A stretch of 64,000 nucleotides of DNA from Eledone cirrhosa (GCA_964016885.1 OZ024740.1:380494001-380558000), one strand, 5' to 3'; positions 13,729 through 29,079 are shown, counted from the first letter of the stretch. Program-made: numbers and translations. The notes: generated from the letters alone by a model not told the origin.

Positions 13729-13860
13729 AATATGGTTTTATAAATATAGTTTCCATTTATTTAATATTGTAAATATACTCCAAATACTTGTCGAGTGCTT
13801 TTATATCAGTTATAAATATTTACTAGTTGTAACCCAACAATTTAAATATAACTTTCCATA

Positions 13861-13976
<116 letters not shown>

Positions 13977-13990
13977 CATATATATATATT

Positions 13991-14021
<31 letters not shown>

Positions 14022-14044
14022 ATATTTATATATACATATATATT

Positions 14045-14083
<39 letters not shown>

Positions 14084-14100
14084 ATTTATATTTATATATA

Positions 14101-14248
<148 letters not shown>

Positions 14249-14249
14249 T

Positions 14250-14319
<70 letters not shown>

Positions 14320-14320
<1 letters not shown>

Positions 14321-14690
14321 GTAGGTCCCGGGTTGAGTCGGGGATAACCACAGTAAGTAAGGTACTCAATACATGGCAGAGTAAATTTTTTTCATTTTAT
14401 AGAAGGAGCTTCTACAGGACTAGTACTGTTTCATTCAGATGAAATCTGCAGGAAGTTGGATATCATATTAAGTTCTGGTATTTATACATTTAGGTAGTGG
14501 TAAGGGAGGGGTGGTGGATTGGGGGGGGGGGTAATGGTATTTAGATACATAGGACCACTTCATGGCACAAACCGTTTTTTTCTTTGGGGAGTGGTCAATT
14601 AGCCAGAGTGCTTTTTGAAATAAATAAATAAGTAAATAAATAAATAAATGAATAAATAAATAGATAAATGAATAAATAAATAAAATAAAT
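14320..14690 (-). mobile_element. PLE-like terminus, family C, with degenerate HHR (14407-14457)
   Basis: Homologous to 23816-23952 and 42637-42775. Core reads CTGCAGA...GAAAcag...ctgTA. Confidence 0.7.
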
Positions 14691-14717
14691 ATATATATAT
14701 ATAAATATAAATATATA

Positions 14718-14775
<58 letters not shown>

Positions 14776-14778
14776 AAT

Positions 14779-14854
<76 letters not shown>

Positions 14855-14860
<6 letters not shown>

Positions 14861-15191
14861 ATACTAGGGGAGGGTCATATTTGTGTAATATTGCCAGAAT
14901 TAATAACAGAACACACTCACTGTTTGGTTGATTTTCGCTTTTCGCTTTTGTGTCTTTTATATCGGTAATCTAATTTATTCGACACAAACACATATATGTG
15001 TTTGTGTCTATATTGTATCTGTATTATTTTTGACCGTTGGTCAGTCAATGGCAACATTGAGGACCGAATAAATTAGCTTACCGATATAAAAGACACAGAA
15101 GCGAAAAGCGAAATCCAACCAAACAGTGAGTGTGTTCTGTTATTAATTCTGGCAATATTACATAAATATGACCCTCCCCAAGTATAACAAT
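14855..15191. mobile_element. MITE-like fold-back element
   Basis: Imperfect TIRs of about 126 bp (14855-14980, 15065-15191) starting attgttatact; no ORF. Confidence 0.65.
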
Positions 15192-15263
15192 ATTTGTTTC
15201 GGCACACGATTTCATATAAAAAAAAAACTCGCAAAACTAATCCATCGCCGTTATATATATATT

Positions 15264-15294
<31 letters not shown>

Positions 15295-15309
15295 GTATTT
15301 ATATATATT

Positions 15310-15342
<33 letters not shown>

Positions 15343-15351
15343 ATTTATATT

Positions 15352-15406
<55 letters not shown>

Positions 15407-15455
15407 ATATATATATATGTATATATATTTATATATATATATATATATATGTATT

Positions 15456-15488
<33 letters not shown>

Positions 15489-15563
15489 ACATATATTTAT
15501 ATATATATATATTTATATTTATATATATATATATTTATATTTATATATATATATATTTATATT

Positions 15564-15596
<33 letters not shown>

Positions 15597-15611
15597 ATAT
15601 ATATTTATATT

Positions 15612-15670
<59 letters not shown>

Positions 15671-15677
15671 ATATATT

Positions 15678-15708
<31 letters not shown>

Positions 15709-15829
15709 ATATATTTATATTTATATATATATATTTATATTTATATATATTTATATTTATATATATATATATTTATATTTATATATATATATATATTTAT
15801 ATATATATAAAAATATATATATATATAAA

Positions 15830-16846
15830 TATAGAAAGGTTGAATATAAAATGAAAGTGCTTTTTTTTAAAAAGGAATTTATTAGGTATTGACATATGTT
15901 TCTGTAACAGACGGAATACCTATGTATCGCTGTTTGCGTAATCATATAATGTTAGCAAGTATTCGATAGCAAATGTATAATCAGTTGTCACTTCTTCAGA
16001 GATTTTGGATAAATTGGATAAAATCAGAAAAATTGAAGTATTTATATTAGTAATAGAGGAAGAAAAAGAGGGGATAGTATATGACCGATGGTAAATCAAT
16101 TTACTGCTAAACAAGTATATAATGGGTTTCTAATGAGAATACCATGAGTAAAAGGTTCATTTTATCTAAATATGAATTTTTGGGAGTGCCAATTTTAATC
16201 TCTACTTGACCAACTGGACAGTGGACAGGGCTGGTCATTTGGTGTAGTAGTATTAATTATAAAGTGTCAATTGGGGAAGGGGGAGATTTCGATTGCTACT
16301 GAATAACATCAATCTTAGTAGCCAGCTGGTATATGCATTAGGGAATTGAATCAAGAAATCAGAAATCTCATTTTATCTATAGCAGTTTATATTAAAAGGT
16401 AAATAATAGAAGAGTTGATAGAATTAAGACTAATAAAGAATGTTAATATCTATTTTGACAATCAAACGGAGATAGAGACAGGCGTTCAATCCTGGTAGTA
16501 TTTATAATATGAAAATGTAGATTTTAAGCGATGGTTACAGTATAACGATCGCTCTATTCTGTTATTTAATAAAATGTTTTTGGATTTCATAATACAAAAT
16601 AATTCTACATTACATAATTTACAATATTCCTGTCCATGGGATTATGGGGGGGCAACCGTTATTATATCCCATTTTAGGTGAAATTGTTGGTTATTTTCAC
16701 GCAGCTGCCAAGCCTTGTCTGCGAGTGTTGTTACATAACGCTGGTTTTCATGTTTTATCGAGTAACGATGTCTATAAAGGCGTGATTTGAAGGAGGTGGC
16801 TGTAGATCCCACAACGATATATTATCACTACATTATTGATAACCTG
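15830..16846 (-). mobile_element. 3' fragment of a divergent PLE: GIY-YIG C-terminus (16486-16846) plus 3' UTR
   Basis: Manual translation gives VGSTATSFKSRLYRHRYS...TTLADKAWQLR...W..(frameshift)..CKLCNVELFCI...LNNR...CNHRLKSTF, which aligns with the family A endonuclease. Confidence 0.8.
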
Positions 16847-16872
16847 AAATTTTATATATAAATATATATATA

Positions 16873-16958
<86 letters not shown>

Positions 16959-16964
16959 AATATA

Positions 16965-17740
16965 GGAGGAGGTTATAGTTCACTTCAAGCATTGTGCAAT
17001 GAGGTATAAACGTTTGAATATGTATAATAAGCCAAAACAATGCAGATATGGACATAGAAAAAAGAAAGCAATTGCAAAAGATATTGTTGACAATTCGTCT
17101 TTTATCTTAGATTTATTTTAAACGTCCTTAATTTTCGAGATAATATCTCTTCTTCAGAGGGAAATAAAGGTCTCAAACCAGCGTTCTAAATATCTTGCCA
17201 AGCTATGCTGACAGGAAATAGTATAGAGTATCTGTTCTATCTCTAATGTCAAAGAGTTAAAATTAGGTGGATAAAGAGTAGTCTCCCTTTAAAAGGGGTT
17301 TGTTTAGGGTTTTTTGTTTTTTTATATACATGCCTGTTTAAGTGTGTGGGAGAATGCATGAAGGTGTAAGTATGTGAGTGTGTTTGTGTGAGTGTGAGAA
17401 GATAAGTCTATTCGTAAATGTGGGGGATAGGTGTTATCTGGTGTTAGAACTGGTTTTGTGTGTGTATGTGTGAGAGAGAATAAGTGGAGGTGTAAGCGTG
17501 TGTGTGTGTGCGTGCGTGTGTGTGTATGGGGTGTGTAAATATGGGGCAAGAAGCCCTATCAGGTTATAAATTGGGTGTTGAGTTCTAGTCTATTATTGAT
17601 AGGTGGTTGTGTTTTATCTATAATTAGTGCTTCCTTAATTCTAAGATTGCCGAGGTTTATTCCCTTAGTTTCTATCCTAACTGTTATGGTTTTGTCGGTC
17701 TGCATTGTTTTGGCTTTATTATACATATTCAAACGTTTAT
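16965..17740 (-). mobile_element. 3' fragment of another PLE: endonuclease C-terminus, UTR and minimal HHR (17126-17160)
   Basis: LRIKEALIIDKTQPPINN matches the EALxI...PxIN end of PLE GIY-YIG domains. Downstream: cct-CTGAAGA-agagat(att)atctc-GAAA-at-TA-agg. Confidence 0.7.
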
Positions 17741-17780
17741 ATATAAATATATATTTATATATATAAATATATATATGTAA

Positions 17781-18260
<480 letters not shown>

Positions 18261-18298
18261 TATATATATATATTTATATATATATATTTATATATATA

Positions 18299-18410
<112 letters not shown>

Positions 18411-18544
18411 TATATATATATATTTATATATATATATATTTATATATATATATATTTATATATATATATTTATATATATATATATTTATATATATATATA
18501 TTTATATATATATATGTATTTATATATTTATATATATATATATT

Positions 18545-18605
<61 letters not shown>

Positions 18606-18642
18606 ATATTTATATATATATTTATATATTTATATATATATT

Positions 18643-18695
<53 letters not shown>

Positions 18696-18894
18696 ATTTA
18701 TATATATTTTTATATATATATATTTATATATATATATATTTATATATATATATATTTATATATATTTTTATATATATATATTTATATATATATATATTTA
18801 TATATATATATATTTATATATATATATATTTATATATATATTTTTATATATATATATTTATATATATTTTTATATATATATATATTTATATATA

Positions 18895-19348
18895 TGCAAA
18901 GTTTTATTTAAATTGTTGGGTTACAACGAGTAAATATTTATAACTGATATAAAAGCACTCAACAAGTATTTGGAGTATATTTACGATATTAAATAAATGG
19001 AAACTATATTTATAAAACCATATTTATTTCATTATATATATTTCAGGGATATCATATTAAAAATATGGTATGCCTTTTTCAGACAAAATACAATATAAAC
19101 AGTCTTATAAATAGATAGATTTGACATACCTTACAACTTCAACTTCCATTTCAACTTCAACTTCCAAATCAACTTTTTAAATGGAAGTTGAAGTTGTAAG
19201 GTATGTCAAATCTATCTATTTATAAGACTGTTTATATTGTATTTTGTGTGAAGAAGGTATACCATATTTTTAATATGATATCCCTGAAATATATATAATG
19301 AAATAAATATGGTTTTATAAATATAGTTTCCATTTATTTAATATCGTA
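18895..19348. mobile_element. Short inverted PLE family A terminal insertion; both HHR cores mutated
   Basis: Tailed minus arm and tailless plus arm; cores read CTGAAAA and GTGAAGA. Confidence 0.85.
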
Positions 19349-19376
19349 TATTTATATATATATATTTTTTTATATT

Positions 19377-19410
<34 letters not shown>

Positions 19411-19505
19411 TTTATATATTTATATATATATATATTTATATATATGTATTTTTATATATATATTTTTATATATATGTATTTTTATATATATATATTTTTA
19501 TATAT

Positions 19506-19918
19506 ATGATATTAAATAAATGGAAACTATATTTATAAAACCATATTTATTTCGTTATATATATTTCAGGGATATCATATTAACAATATGTTATGCCATC
19601 TTCAGACAAAATACAATATAAACAGTCTTATAAATAAATAGATACGACATACCTTTCAATCACCTTGCATTTGTGAGGTTGATTTGGCAGTAAAAAGTAT
19701 TGTGGACAGTTGTAAAAAGAAAGAGATAAAGAGAGAAAGAAAGAGAAACGAAGAAAAAGAAGAAATGTATGTGACTAAATAGAGGGATATAGAAAGATAG
19801 ATAAAGAGAAGAACTTCATGTAAAGAAACAGAGAGAAATATATATAGAGAGAGGAAAAAAGAAAGAGATAGATAGAGATAGATAGAGAAATTAGGAAGTT
19901 GAGTATCGGTTGATACAT

Positions 19919-19956
<38 letters not shown>

Positions 19957-22900
19957 CTAGTATTAATGTAAAGAGAGATGTATGTAGTTAAGAGAGAAAA
20001 TAGCCGTTATATAGAGAGAAAAAAGAGAAAATGAAAAAGAGAAAATGAAACATAACCAGACATAAACGATGCAGAATTTAAAACCGCTATGTTTTATCCG
20101 TAGAAAATATTAGTTCGTATAAAACAGGCATTATGATGTAAGTACCAGTATTCATGAATGAGACATGTATCTATAATGTGTGAGAAGTAATGATCTTATG
20201 TCTAGTTTTTAAAAATTCATATGTTTATATCATAATTATAAACAAACTCCCAATTCACACGAAAACATTCTCATTGTGCTATAAAAATTCAAGTATACAT
20301 ATATGTGTGTATATATACACATATAAATAGAGTCTATATTAATTTTAACAATACTATTCTTGTCTTTATTCTACATAATTGTCGATCAAGCAGAAATAGA
20401 GAACATATTTCAATATATTAATAAAAATAAAAATAAAAATAAAAATAAAAATAAAAATAAAAATATCAGAGACAAGAAAATAAATAAATAAACAGAAAAC
20501 TAAAACATTTAATATTAAAAATAAAAAATATATTACAAAATATTAAAAAATATTAAAAAATAATACAAATAAAACACAGAGATCGGCCTTTCAAAGTTAA
20601 TTGACAATATATTGCCAAGATCATCATAAGCATCAGAGTCGAAACAGATAAAACAAAAATTGTTTACCAAATCCTGTCTAGCAGAAATCATTCCAAAAGT
20701 TTAGGATACCCAAATGGTCTACATATGTTCTTATATATAATATAGAAGTTTATCTAGTTTAAAATTTAATTCGATATATTTGGAGCATCAGCTTTTAGGG
20801 TAGTTTAATTATTCATGAAGAATGTTTTAATAAAAAGAATGTTTTAATAAAAAGAAGAAATCGAAAGATTTATCGGCTAGTTTCATAAATAATTACAAAT
20901 CAAATCAAAACAAACATAACTACATTTTAAATTTAAATTTATATTTAAACGTTGAGTTCAATCTATGTCTGCAGCAACTGAATAAATTTGTCCGTAGATT
21001 AAGGGAATTTTTAGATTTTAGTATAAAGAATATCTCCTCCGCACAGAGGTCACATGTCTCAGAGGATGAATTAAAAGGAATCCCCCTTGAAACTATATTC
21101 CAAGTCGTCGAATATCTAACGTTATCATGCCTAAGTTGCCAGAGTACGCCTGATAGTGCTGTTGAACCCCAAATCTGTTAAAAATACTATAGTAAACTCT
21201 GTTCAATCACGTATCTCTAGAATCTCATCTAATAAAAAGATTTTCGACGAAAAAGCCCATTATTACAATGAAGCGTTAGCTAGAGCAGGATATAGTGATA
21301 AAATTATGTACATAGATAATGATAAACAAATTAAACAAAATAACAAATATTTTAATTATGGCCACAACCTTAACAACTATAATAGAAAGCATTACAATAA
21401 TTCCAAAAGCCATACAAGAAATAGAACTAGGAATATAATATGATTTGCCCCCCCCTTTCTCACTAAACATTAAAACCCACATTGCTAAACTATTTTTTAA
21501 AGCTCTCGATAATCGCTTCCCTAGAACACATAGGTATCACTCAATTTTCAATAGACATACTATAAAACTAACCTACTCATCCACCAAAAATTTAGCGCAA
21601 AATATTAATAGAATAAATAACAGGAACTTAAAACCTAGCGATAATACCATAAATAATATCCAAGTTAACAAATGTAACTGTAGAGATAGATCTAAATGTC
21701 CGTTAAATAACAACTGCTTAGTTAAAAATATAATATACAACTGTAATGTTAAAACGGACATTAATTCTTTTAACTACGTTGGTTCTACATCGACGGAATT
21801 TAAACTTCGCTATAACAACCACAAGAATTCTTTCACAGATCCATCCAAAAAATCTTCAACAGCACTATCAGGCGTACTCTGGCAACTTAGGCATGATAAC
21901 GTTAGATATTCGACGACTTGGAATATAGTTTCAAGGGGGATTCCTTTTAATTCATCCTCTGAGACATGTGACCTCTGTGCGGAGGAGATATTCTTTATAC
22001 TAAAATCTAAAAATTCCCTTAATCTACGGACAAATTTATTCAGTTGCTGCAGACATAGATTGAACTCAACGTTTAAATATAAATTTAAATTTAAAATGTA
22101 GTTATGTTTGTTTTGATTTGATTTGTAATTATTTATGAAACTAGCCGATAAATCTTTCGATTTCTTCTTTTTATTAAAACATTCTTTTTATTAAAACATT
22201 CTTCATGAATAATTAAACTACCCTAAAAGCTGATGCTCCAAATATATCGAATTAAATTTTAAACTAGATAAACTTCTATATTATATATAAGAACATATGT
22301 AGACCATTTGGGTATCCTAAACTTTTGGAATGATTTCTGCTAGACAGGATTTGGTAAACAATTTTTGTTTTATCTGTTTCGACTCTGATGCTTATGATGA
22401 TCTTGGCAATATATTGTCAATTAACTTTGAAAGGCCGATCTCTGTGTTTTATTTGTATTATTTTTTAATATTTTTTAATATTTTGTAATATATTTTTTAT
22501 TTTTAATATTAAATGTTTTAGTTTTCTGTTTATTTATTTATTTTCTTGTCTCTGATATTTTATTTTTATTTTTATTTTTATTTTTATTTTTATTTTTATT
22601 TTTATTTTTATTTTTATTTTTATTTTTATTAATATATTGAAATCTGTTCTGTATTTCTGCTTGATCGACAATCATGTAGAATAAAGACAAGAATAGTATT
22701 GTTAAAATTAATATAGACTCTATTTATATGTGTATATATACACACATATATGTATACTTGAAATTTTATAGCACAATGAGAATGTTTTCGTGTGAATTGG
22801 GAGTTTGTTTATAATTATGATATAAACATATGAATTTTTAAAAACTAGACATAAGATCATTACTTCTCACACATTATAGATACATGTCTCATTCATGAAT

Positions 22901-23629
22901 ACTGGTACTTACATTATAATGCCTGTTTTATACGAACTAATATTTTCTACGGATAAAACATAGCGGTTTTAAATTCTGCATCGTTTATGTCTGGTTATGT
23001 TTCATTTTCTCTTTTTCATTTTCTCTTTTTTCTCTCTATATAACGGCTATTTTCTCTCTTAACTACATACATCTCTCTTTACATTAATACTAGAGCTAAA
23101 TAAATTAATAAATAAATAAATAAATAAATGTATCAACCGATACTCAACTTCCTAATTTCTCTATCTATCTCTATCTATCTCTTTCTTTTTTCCTCTCTCT
23201 ATATATATTTCTATCTGTTTCTTTACATGAAGTTCTTCTCTTTATCTATCTTTCTATATCCCTCTATTTAGTCACATACATTTCTTCTTTTTCTTCGTTT
23301 CTCTTTCTTTCTCTCTTTATCTCTTTCTTTTTACAACTGTCCACAATATTTTTTACTGCCAAATCAACCTCACAAATGCAAGGTGATTGAAAGGTATGTC
23401 GTATCTATTTATTTATAAGACTGTTTATATTGTATTTTGTCTGAAGATGGCATAACATATTGTTAATATGATATCCCTGAAATATATATAACGAAATAAA
23501 TATGGTTTTATAAATATAGTTTCCATTTATTTAATATCATAAATATACTCCAAATACTTGTTGAGTGCTTTTATATCAGTTATAAATATTTACTCGTTGT
23601 TAACCCAACAATTTAAATATAACTTTCCA
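19506..23629. mobile_element. 5'-truncated PLE (family A, subfamily 2) with 1.66-kb inverted arm
   Basis: Arms 19506-21166 and 21855-23541. HHRs at 19548-19613 (-) and 23433-23498 (+). Confidence 0.92.
21165..22101 (+). pseudogene. Truncated PLE ORF (RT thumb + GIY-YIG) with a nonsense codon at 21441-21443
   Basis: Closely similar to the C-terminus of the 10755-12320 protein; TGG changed to TGA. Confidence 0.88.
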
Positions 23630-23651
23630 TATATTTTTATATATATATATT

Positions 23652-23682
<31 letters not shown>

Positions 23683-23752
23683 ATTTTTATATATATATAT
23701 ATATTTTTATTTATATATAAATTTATATATATATATATATATTTATATATAT

Positions 23753-23952
23753 AGTTTTAATATAGATGAGATTCTACAGGACTAGAACTGTTTCATTCAT
23801 TAGAAATCATCAGGAATGAGATTCCTGATGATTTCTAATGAATGAAACAGTTCTAGTCCTGTAGAATCTCATCTATATTAAAACTGTTATACTCTGCTAT
23901 GTATTGAGTACCTTACTTACTGTGGTTACCTCCGATTCAACCCGGAATAACG
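23753..23952. mobile_element. Family C terminal fold-back with two opposed HHRs (23766-23817 -, 23816-23872 +)
   Basis: 65-bp perfect arms with a 3-nt spacer. atgagattc-CTGATGA-tttc(taat)gaat-GAAA-cag..ctg-TA-gaatctcat. Confidence 0.88.
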
Positions 23953-23998
23953 TATATTTATATATATATATATATATTTATATATATTTATATATATA

Positions 23999-24063
<65 letters not shown>

Positions 24064-24064
<1 letters not shown>

Positions 24065-25185
24065 CATGGTGTCTCGATCTCTTGTAAGGAAAGTCCTCAA
24101 GATCCAGCCAGCGAATCGTCTACATGCTGTCGCCACCTTCATGATCTGTTTTACAAACAACGAAGTGCTCATCCACAATGTAAAGGTGACACCAACAATT
24201 CTCTCGGATCATAACTTGGTAGAGCTAATGATATGTGGTCCAAGAGAACCAACAGAGACAAAACCACCAAGAAGCTCCGGGACGCTATCCAGCCTTAATC
24301 TTCTTCCAGTCAGCCCCGTAGAAGTTAAGGCTGGATAGCGTCCCGGAGCTTCTTGGTGGTTTTGTCTCTGTTGGTTCTCTTGGACCACATATCATTAGCT
24401 CTACCAAGTTATGATCCGAGAGAATTGTTGGTGTCACCTTTACATTGTGGATGAGCACTTCGTTGTTTGTAAAACAGATCATGAAGGTGGCGACAGCATG
24501 TAGACGATTCGCTGGCTGGATCTTGAGGACTTTCCTTACAAGAGATCGAGACACCATGTTGACACTGTGGAGGACTTTTGTCCTAAGCCGCCTGGACTAC
24601 TGCTCCCAGCTGTGGTCACCCCATAGTGTCAAACTAACCACAGAGCTTGAGGCAATCCAGCGAAGCTACACCAAGAGGATTGCCAAGATGAGGGAGACAA
24701 GCTACTGGGAGAGGCTGAAGGAACTGAACCTCTACTCCTTGGAGCGAAGACGGGAGAGATACGCAGTGATCTACATGTGGAAAATCCTGGAGGGACTAGC
24801 ACCAAACTTTGGCATTGGGAGCTGGACCAACCGTCGAACAGGACGTCACTGTGTGGTGCCAAAGGTCCCGTCTTCCACATCTAGAATAAGGAGCAGGTAT
24901 TGCAATAGCCTGGGATTCAAGGGCCCTCAACTCTTCAACAGGCTGCCGAGGCATCTGCGAGACTTGCATGACGTGGAGGTGGATGTCTTTAAGAAACATC
25001 TCGACACCTTGTTATCCAGGATCCCGGATGAGCCCACAGCAAGACACGAGGGAAACCTAAGGGCAGCAGCAACAAACTCCCTCCTACACCAGTGGCCAAC
25101 CTATACAGGCTGGAGATAAAGTGTGTAGCAACAAGGGCGGTGCCCCAGCATGGCCTCAGCCGGATGGCTGAAACAGGTAAAAGAG
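24064..25185 (+). mobile_element. Rearranged CR1-group LINE: RT C-terminus (+), inverted endonuclease fragment and a 235-bp fold-back
   Basis: SRLDYCSQLWSP...YWERLKELNLYSLERRR on +; CFTNN...LSDHNLV...LNFYGADW on -. Arms 24064-24298 and 24325-24559. Confidence 0.85.
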
Positions 25186-25187
25186 AT

Positions 25188-25751
25188 ATGTTTTTCATAT
25201 ATATTTACCTAACCTGCGATTATCTGTTTCTCTCTTTCTCTCTTACTGCTTATCTGTTTCTCTCTGTTTCTTATCTGTTTCTCTCTGTTTCTCTTACCTT
25301 CTTTCGTCCCCTCTGTCAGTTAACACTTTCTCTCGACTGACCTCTTCCTCGCACTTCCACTCACTCGCTCTCTGTTTCTCCCCTTCTCACTTCCTCCCGT
25401 TCGCTAGTAGTGGCGTTCCTTCTTTCTCACACCGCATTCACGGCGTACGGTCTGCTTCTCTGACCGCTCATGAAATTCACCCAGCTTATGCTGATTGGAT
25501 AACTATCATGATTGCTTGCTGTTTTCCCGGCCTTCGGTTTGCTTTTCCTTCTGTTGTTTACTTGTCTCACTCGCTTTACGCGTTTCACTTGTCCCAATAG
25601 CTTATTTTAGTTATTGCTCGCACCAACCTGAGGTATCTGATTATTAATGCGATGAAATACCAATGATGGTTGGCAAATCACTGACGAGGGACTAATTTTA
25701 TAATATCTAATCCATGTGCAACCATGCAGTATTCTTCTCCCCATGTTTTTC

Positions 25752-25752
<1 letters not shown>
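25188..25752 (+). mobile_element. Family H element, copy 3
   Basis: Similar to 2172-2714, with a small internal duplication. Confidence 0.8.
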
Positions 25753-25825
<73 letters not shown>

Positions 25826-25942
25826 ATATTTTTATATATATATATTTATATATATATATATTTATATATATATTTATATATATATTTATATATATATATA
25901 TTTATATATATATATTTATATATATATATATTTATATATATA

Positions 25943-26454
<512 letters not shown>

Positions 26455-26506
26455 TATATATATATATATATTTATATATATATTTATATATATATATATA
26501 TTTATA

Positions 26507-26866
26507 TACGATATTAAATAAATGGAAACTATATTTATAAAACCATATTTATTTCATTATATATATTTCAGGGATATCATATTAAAAATATGGTATGCCT
26601 TCTTCACACAAAATACAATATAAACAGTCTTATAAATAGATAGATTTGATAAATCTTACAACTTCAACTTCCATTTAAAAAGTTGATTTGGTAGTGAAAA
26701 ATGTTAGGGACAGTTATAAAAAGAAAGAAAGAAAAAAGCGAAGAAAAAGAAGAAATGCATGCAACTAAATAGAGATAGATATAGAGAGATAGATAGAGAG
26801 AAGAAATTCGTGTAAAGAAACAGAGAGAGATAGATAGAGAGAGAAAAAACACAGAGGGAGATAGAT

Positions 26867-26898
<32 letters not shown>

Positions 26899-28581
26899 AA
26901 AAATAGAGAGAGATAGATATAGATAGAGATAGAGAGAAAGAAAATACGTAGTTGGGCACCAGTTGAATGACGTATCAATGATATATTTATTTATTTATTT
27001 ATTTAGTATCCTAAACTTTTGGAATGATTTCTGCTAGACAGGATTTGGTAAATAATTTTGGTTTTGTTTGCTTTTGATTCTGATGCTTATAATGAACTTG
27101 GCATTATATTGTCAATTAATTTTGAAGGGTTGATCTCTGTGGTTGATTTGCGGGGCATACTGTGTTTTATTTTTTATATTTTTTAATTTTTTGATATATT
27201 GATATCTGTTGTCTATTTATGCTTGAACGATAATCATGTAGAGTAAAGACAAGAATAGTATTGTTAAAATTAATGTAGATTCTATATATATTTGTGTGTA
27301 TGTACACATATATGTATACTAGAATTTTTATAGCACAATGAGAATGTTTTCATGTGAAATAGGAATTTGCAGAGTTGATCACGTAAATTCACATGGAAGT
27401 CTATAGTATCGAATCTGGGATAACCTTCTATTTTCTTTTTTCTTTTTTCTTTTTTCTTTTTTCTTTTTTCTTTTTTCTTTTTTCTTTTTTCGTTTTTCTT
27501 TTTTCTTTTTTCTTTTTTCTTTTTTCTTTTTTCTTTTTTCTTTTTTCTTTTTTCTTTTTTCTTTTTTCTTTTTTCTTTTTTCTTTTTTCTTTTTTCTTTT
27601 TTCTTTTTTCTTTTTTTCTTTTTTCATAAAAGTGCATATATACTTATGTATTTCAATTTTTTTTGAAGTTTTTTATCTCAGTTTTTTATCTCAGTTTTTT
27701 ATCTCAGTTTTTTTTTTATCTCAGTTTTTATCTCAACTCTGATATAAACCTAGGAATTCTAAACTAGACATATGATCATCATTTTTCACACATTATTGAT
27801 ACGTGTCTCATTCATGAATACTGATATTTACATTATAATACCTAATTCATACGAATTGATATTTTTACATTGATGAAACATAATGTTTTAAATCTGCCTC
27901 GTTTATGTCTGGATATTTTTCTTTTCTCTCTATGTAACGGCTGTTTTCTCTCCTAACCACATATATCTCTCTCTACCTTAATACTAGAACTAAATAAATA
28001 AATAAATAAATATATCATTGATACGTCATTCAACTGGGTGCCCAACTACCTATTTTCTTTCTCTCTATCTCTATCTATATCTATCTCTCTCTATTTTTTT
28101 TCTCTCTCTCTCTTCTCTCTCTCTCTATCTATCTATCTCCCTCTGTGTTTTTTCTCTCTCTATCTATCTATCTCTGTTTCTTTACATGAATTTCTTCTCT
28201 CTATCTATCTCTCTATATCTATCTCTCTCTATTTAGTTGCATGCATTTCTTCTTTTTCTTCGCTTTTTTCTTTCTTTCTTTTTATAACTGTCCCTAACAT
28301 TTTTCACTACCAAATCAACTTTTTAAATGGAAGTTGAAGTTGTAAGGTATGTCAAATCTATCTATTTATAAGACTGTTTATATTGTATTTTGTCTGAAGA
28401 AGGCATACCATATTTTTAATATGATATCCCTGAAATATATATAATGAAATAAATATGGTTTTATAAATATAGTTTCCATTTATTTAATATCGTAAATATA
28501 CTCCAAATACTTGTTGAGTGCTTTTATATCAGTTATAAATATTTACTCGTTGTAACCCAACAATTTAAATAAAACTTTGCA
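26507..28581. mobile_element. PLE family A (subfamily 3) 3' UTR with a 0.5-kb inverted arm
   Basis: Arms about 26507-27006 and 27990-28494. HHR at 28386-28451 intact, 26550-26615 mutated. (TTTTTC)n expansion at 27430-27625. Confidence 0.88.
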
Positions 28582-28715
28582 TATATATTTATATATATAT
28601 TTATATATATATATATTTATATATATATTTATATATATATTTATATATATATATTTATATATATATATATTTATATATATATATATATATTTATATATCT
28701 ATATATATATATTTA

Positions 28716-28748
<33 letters not shown>

Positions 28749-28755
28749 ATATATT

Positions 28756-28789
<34 letters not shown>

Positions 28790-28893
28790 TATATATATAT
28801 TTATTTATATATATATTTATATATATATATTTATATATATATATATTTATATATATATATTTATATATATATATATTTATATATATATATATT

Positions 28894-28985
<92 letters not shown>

Positions 28986-29028
28986 TATAATATATATATT
29001 TATATATATATTTATATATATATATATT

Positions 29029-29079
<51 letters not shown>

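Larger units (their letters stand above)
7213..13858. mobile_element. Penelope-like retroelement (family A, probable Hydra clade) with a 2.8-kb inverted partial copy
   Basis: Arms 7213-10025 and 10960-13771; RT+GIY-YIG ORF; HHR in the 3' region; (TA)n on both flanks. Confidence 0.93.

Noticed and set aside
21441-21443. In-frame TGA as possible selenocysteine, as in some Naiad PLEs
   Set aside because: It aligns to Trp (TGG) in the sister copy and lies in a truncated element: an ordinary nonsense mutation.
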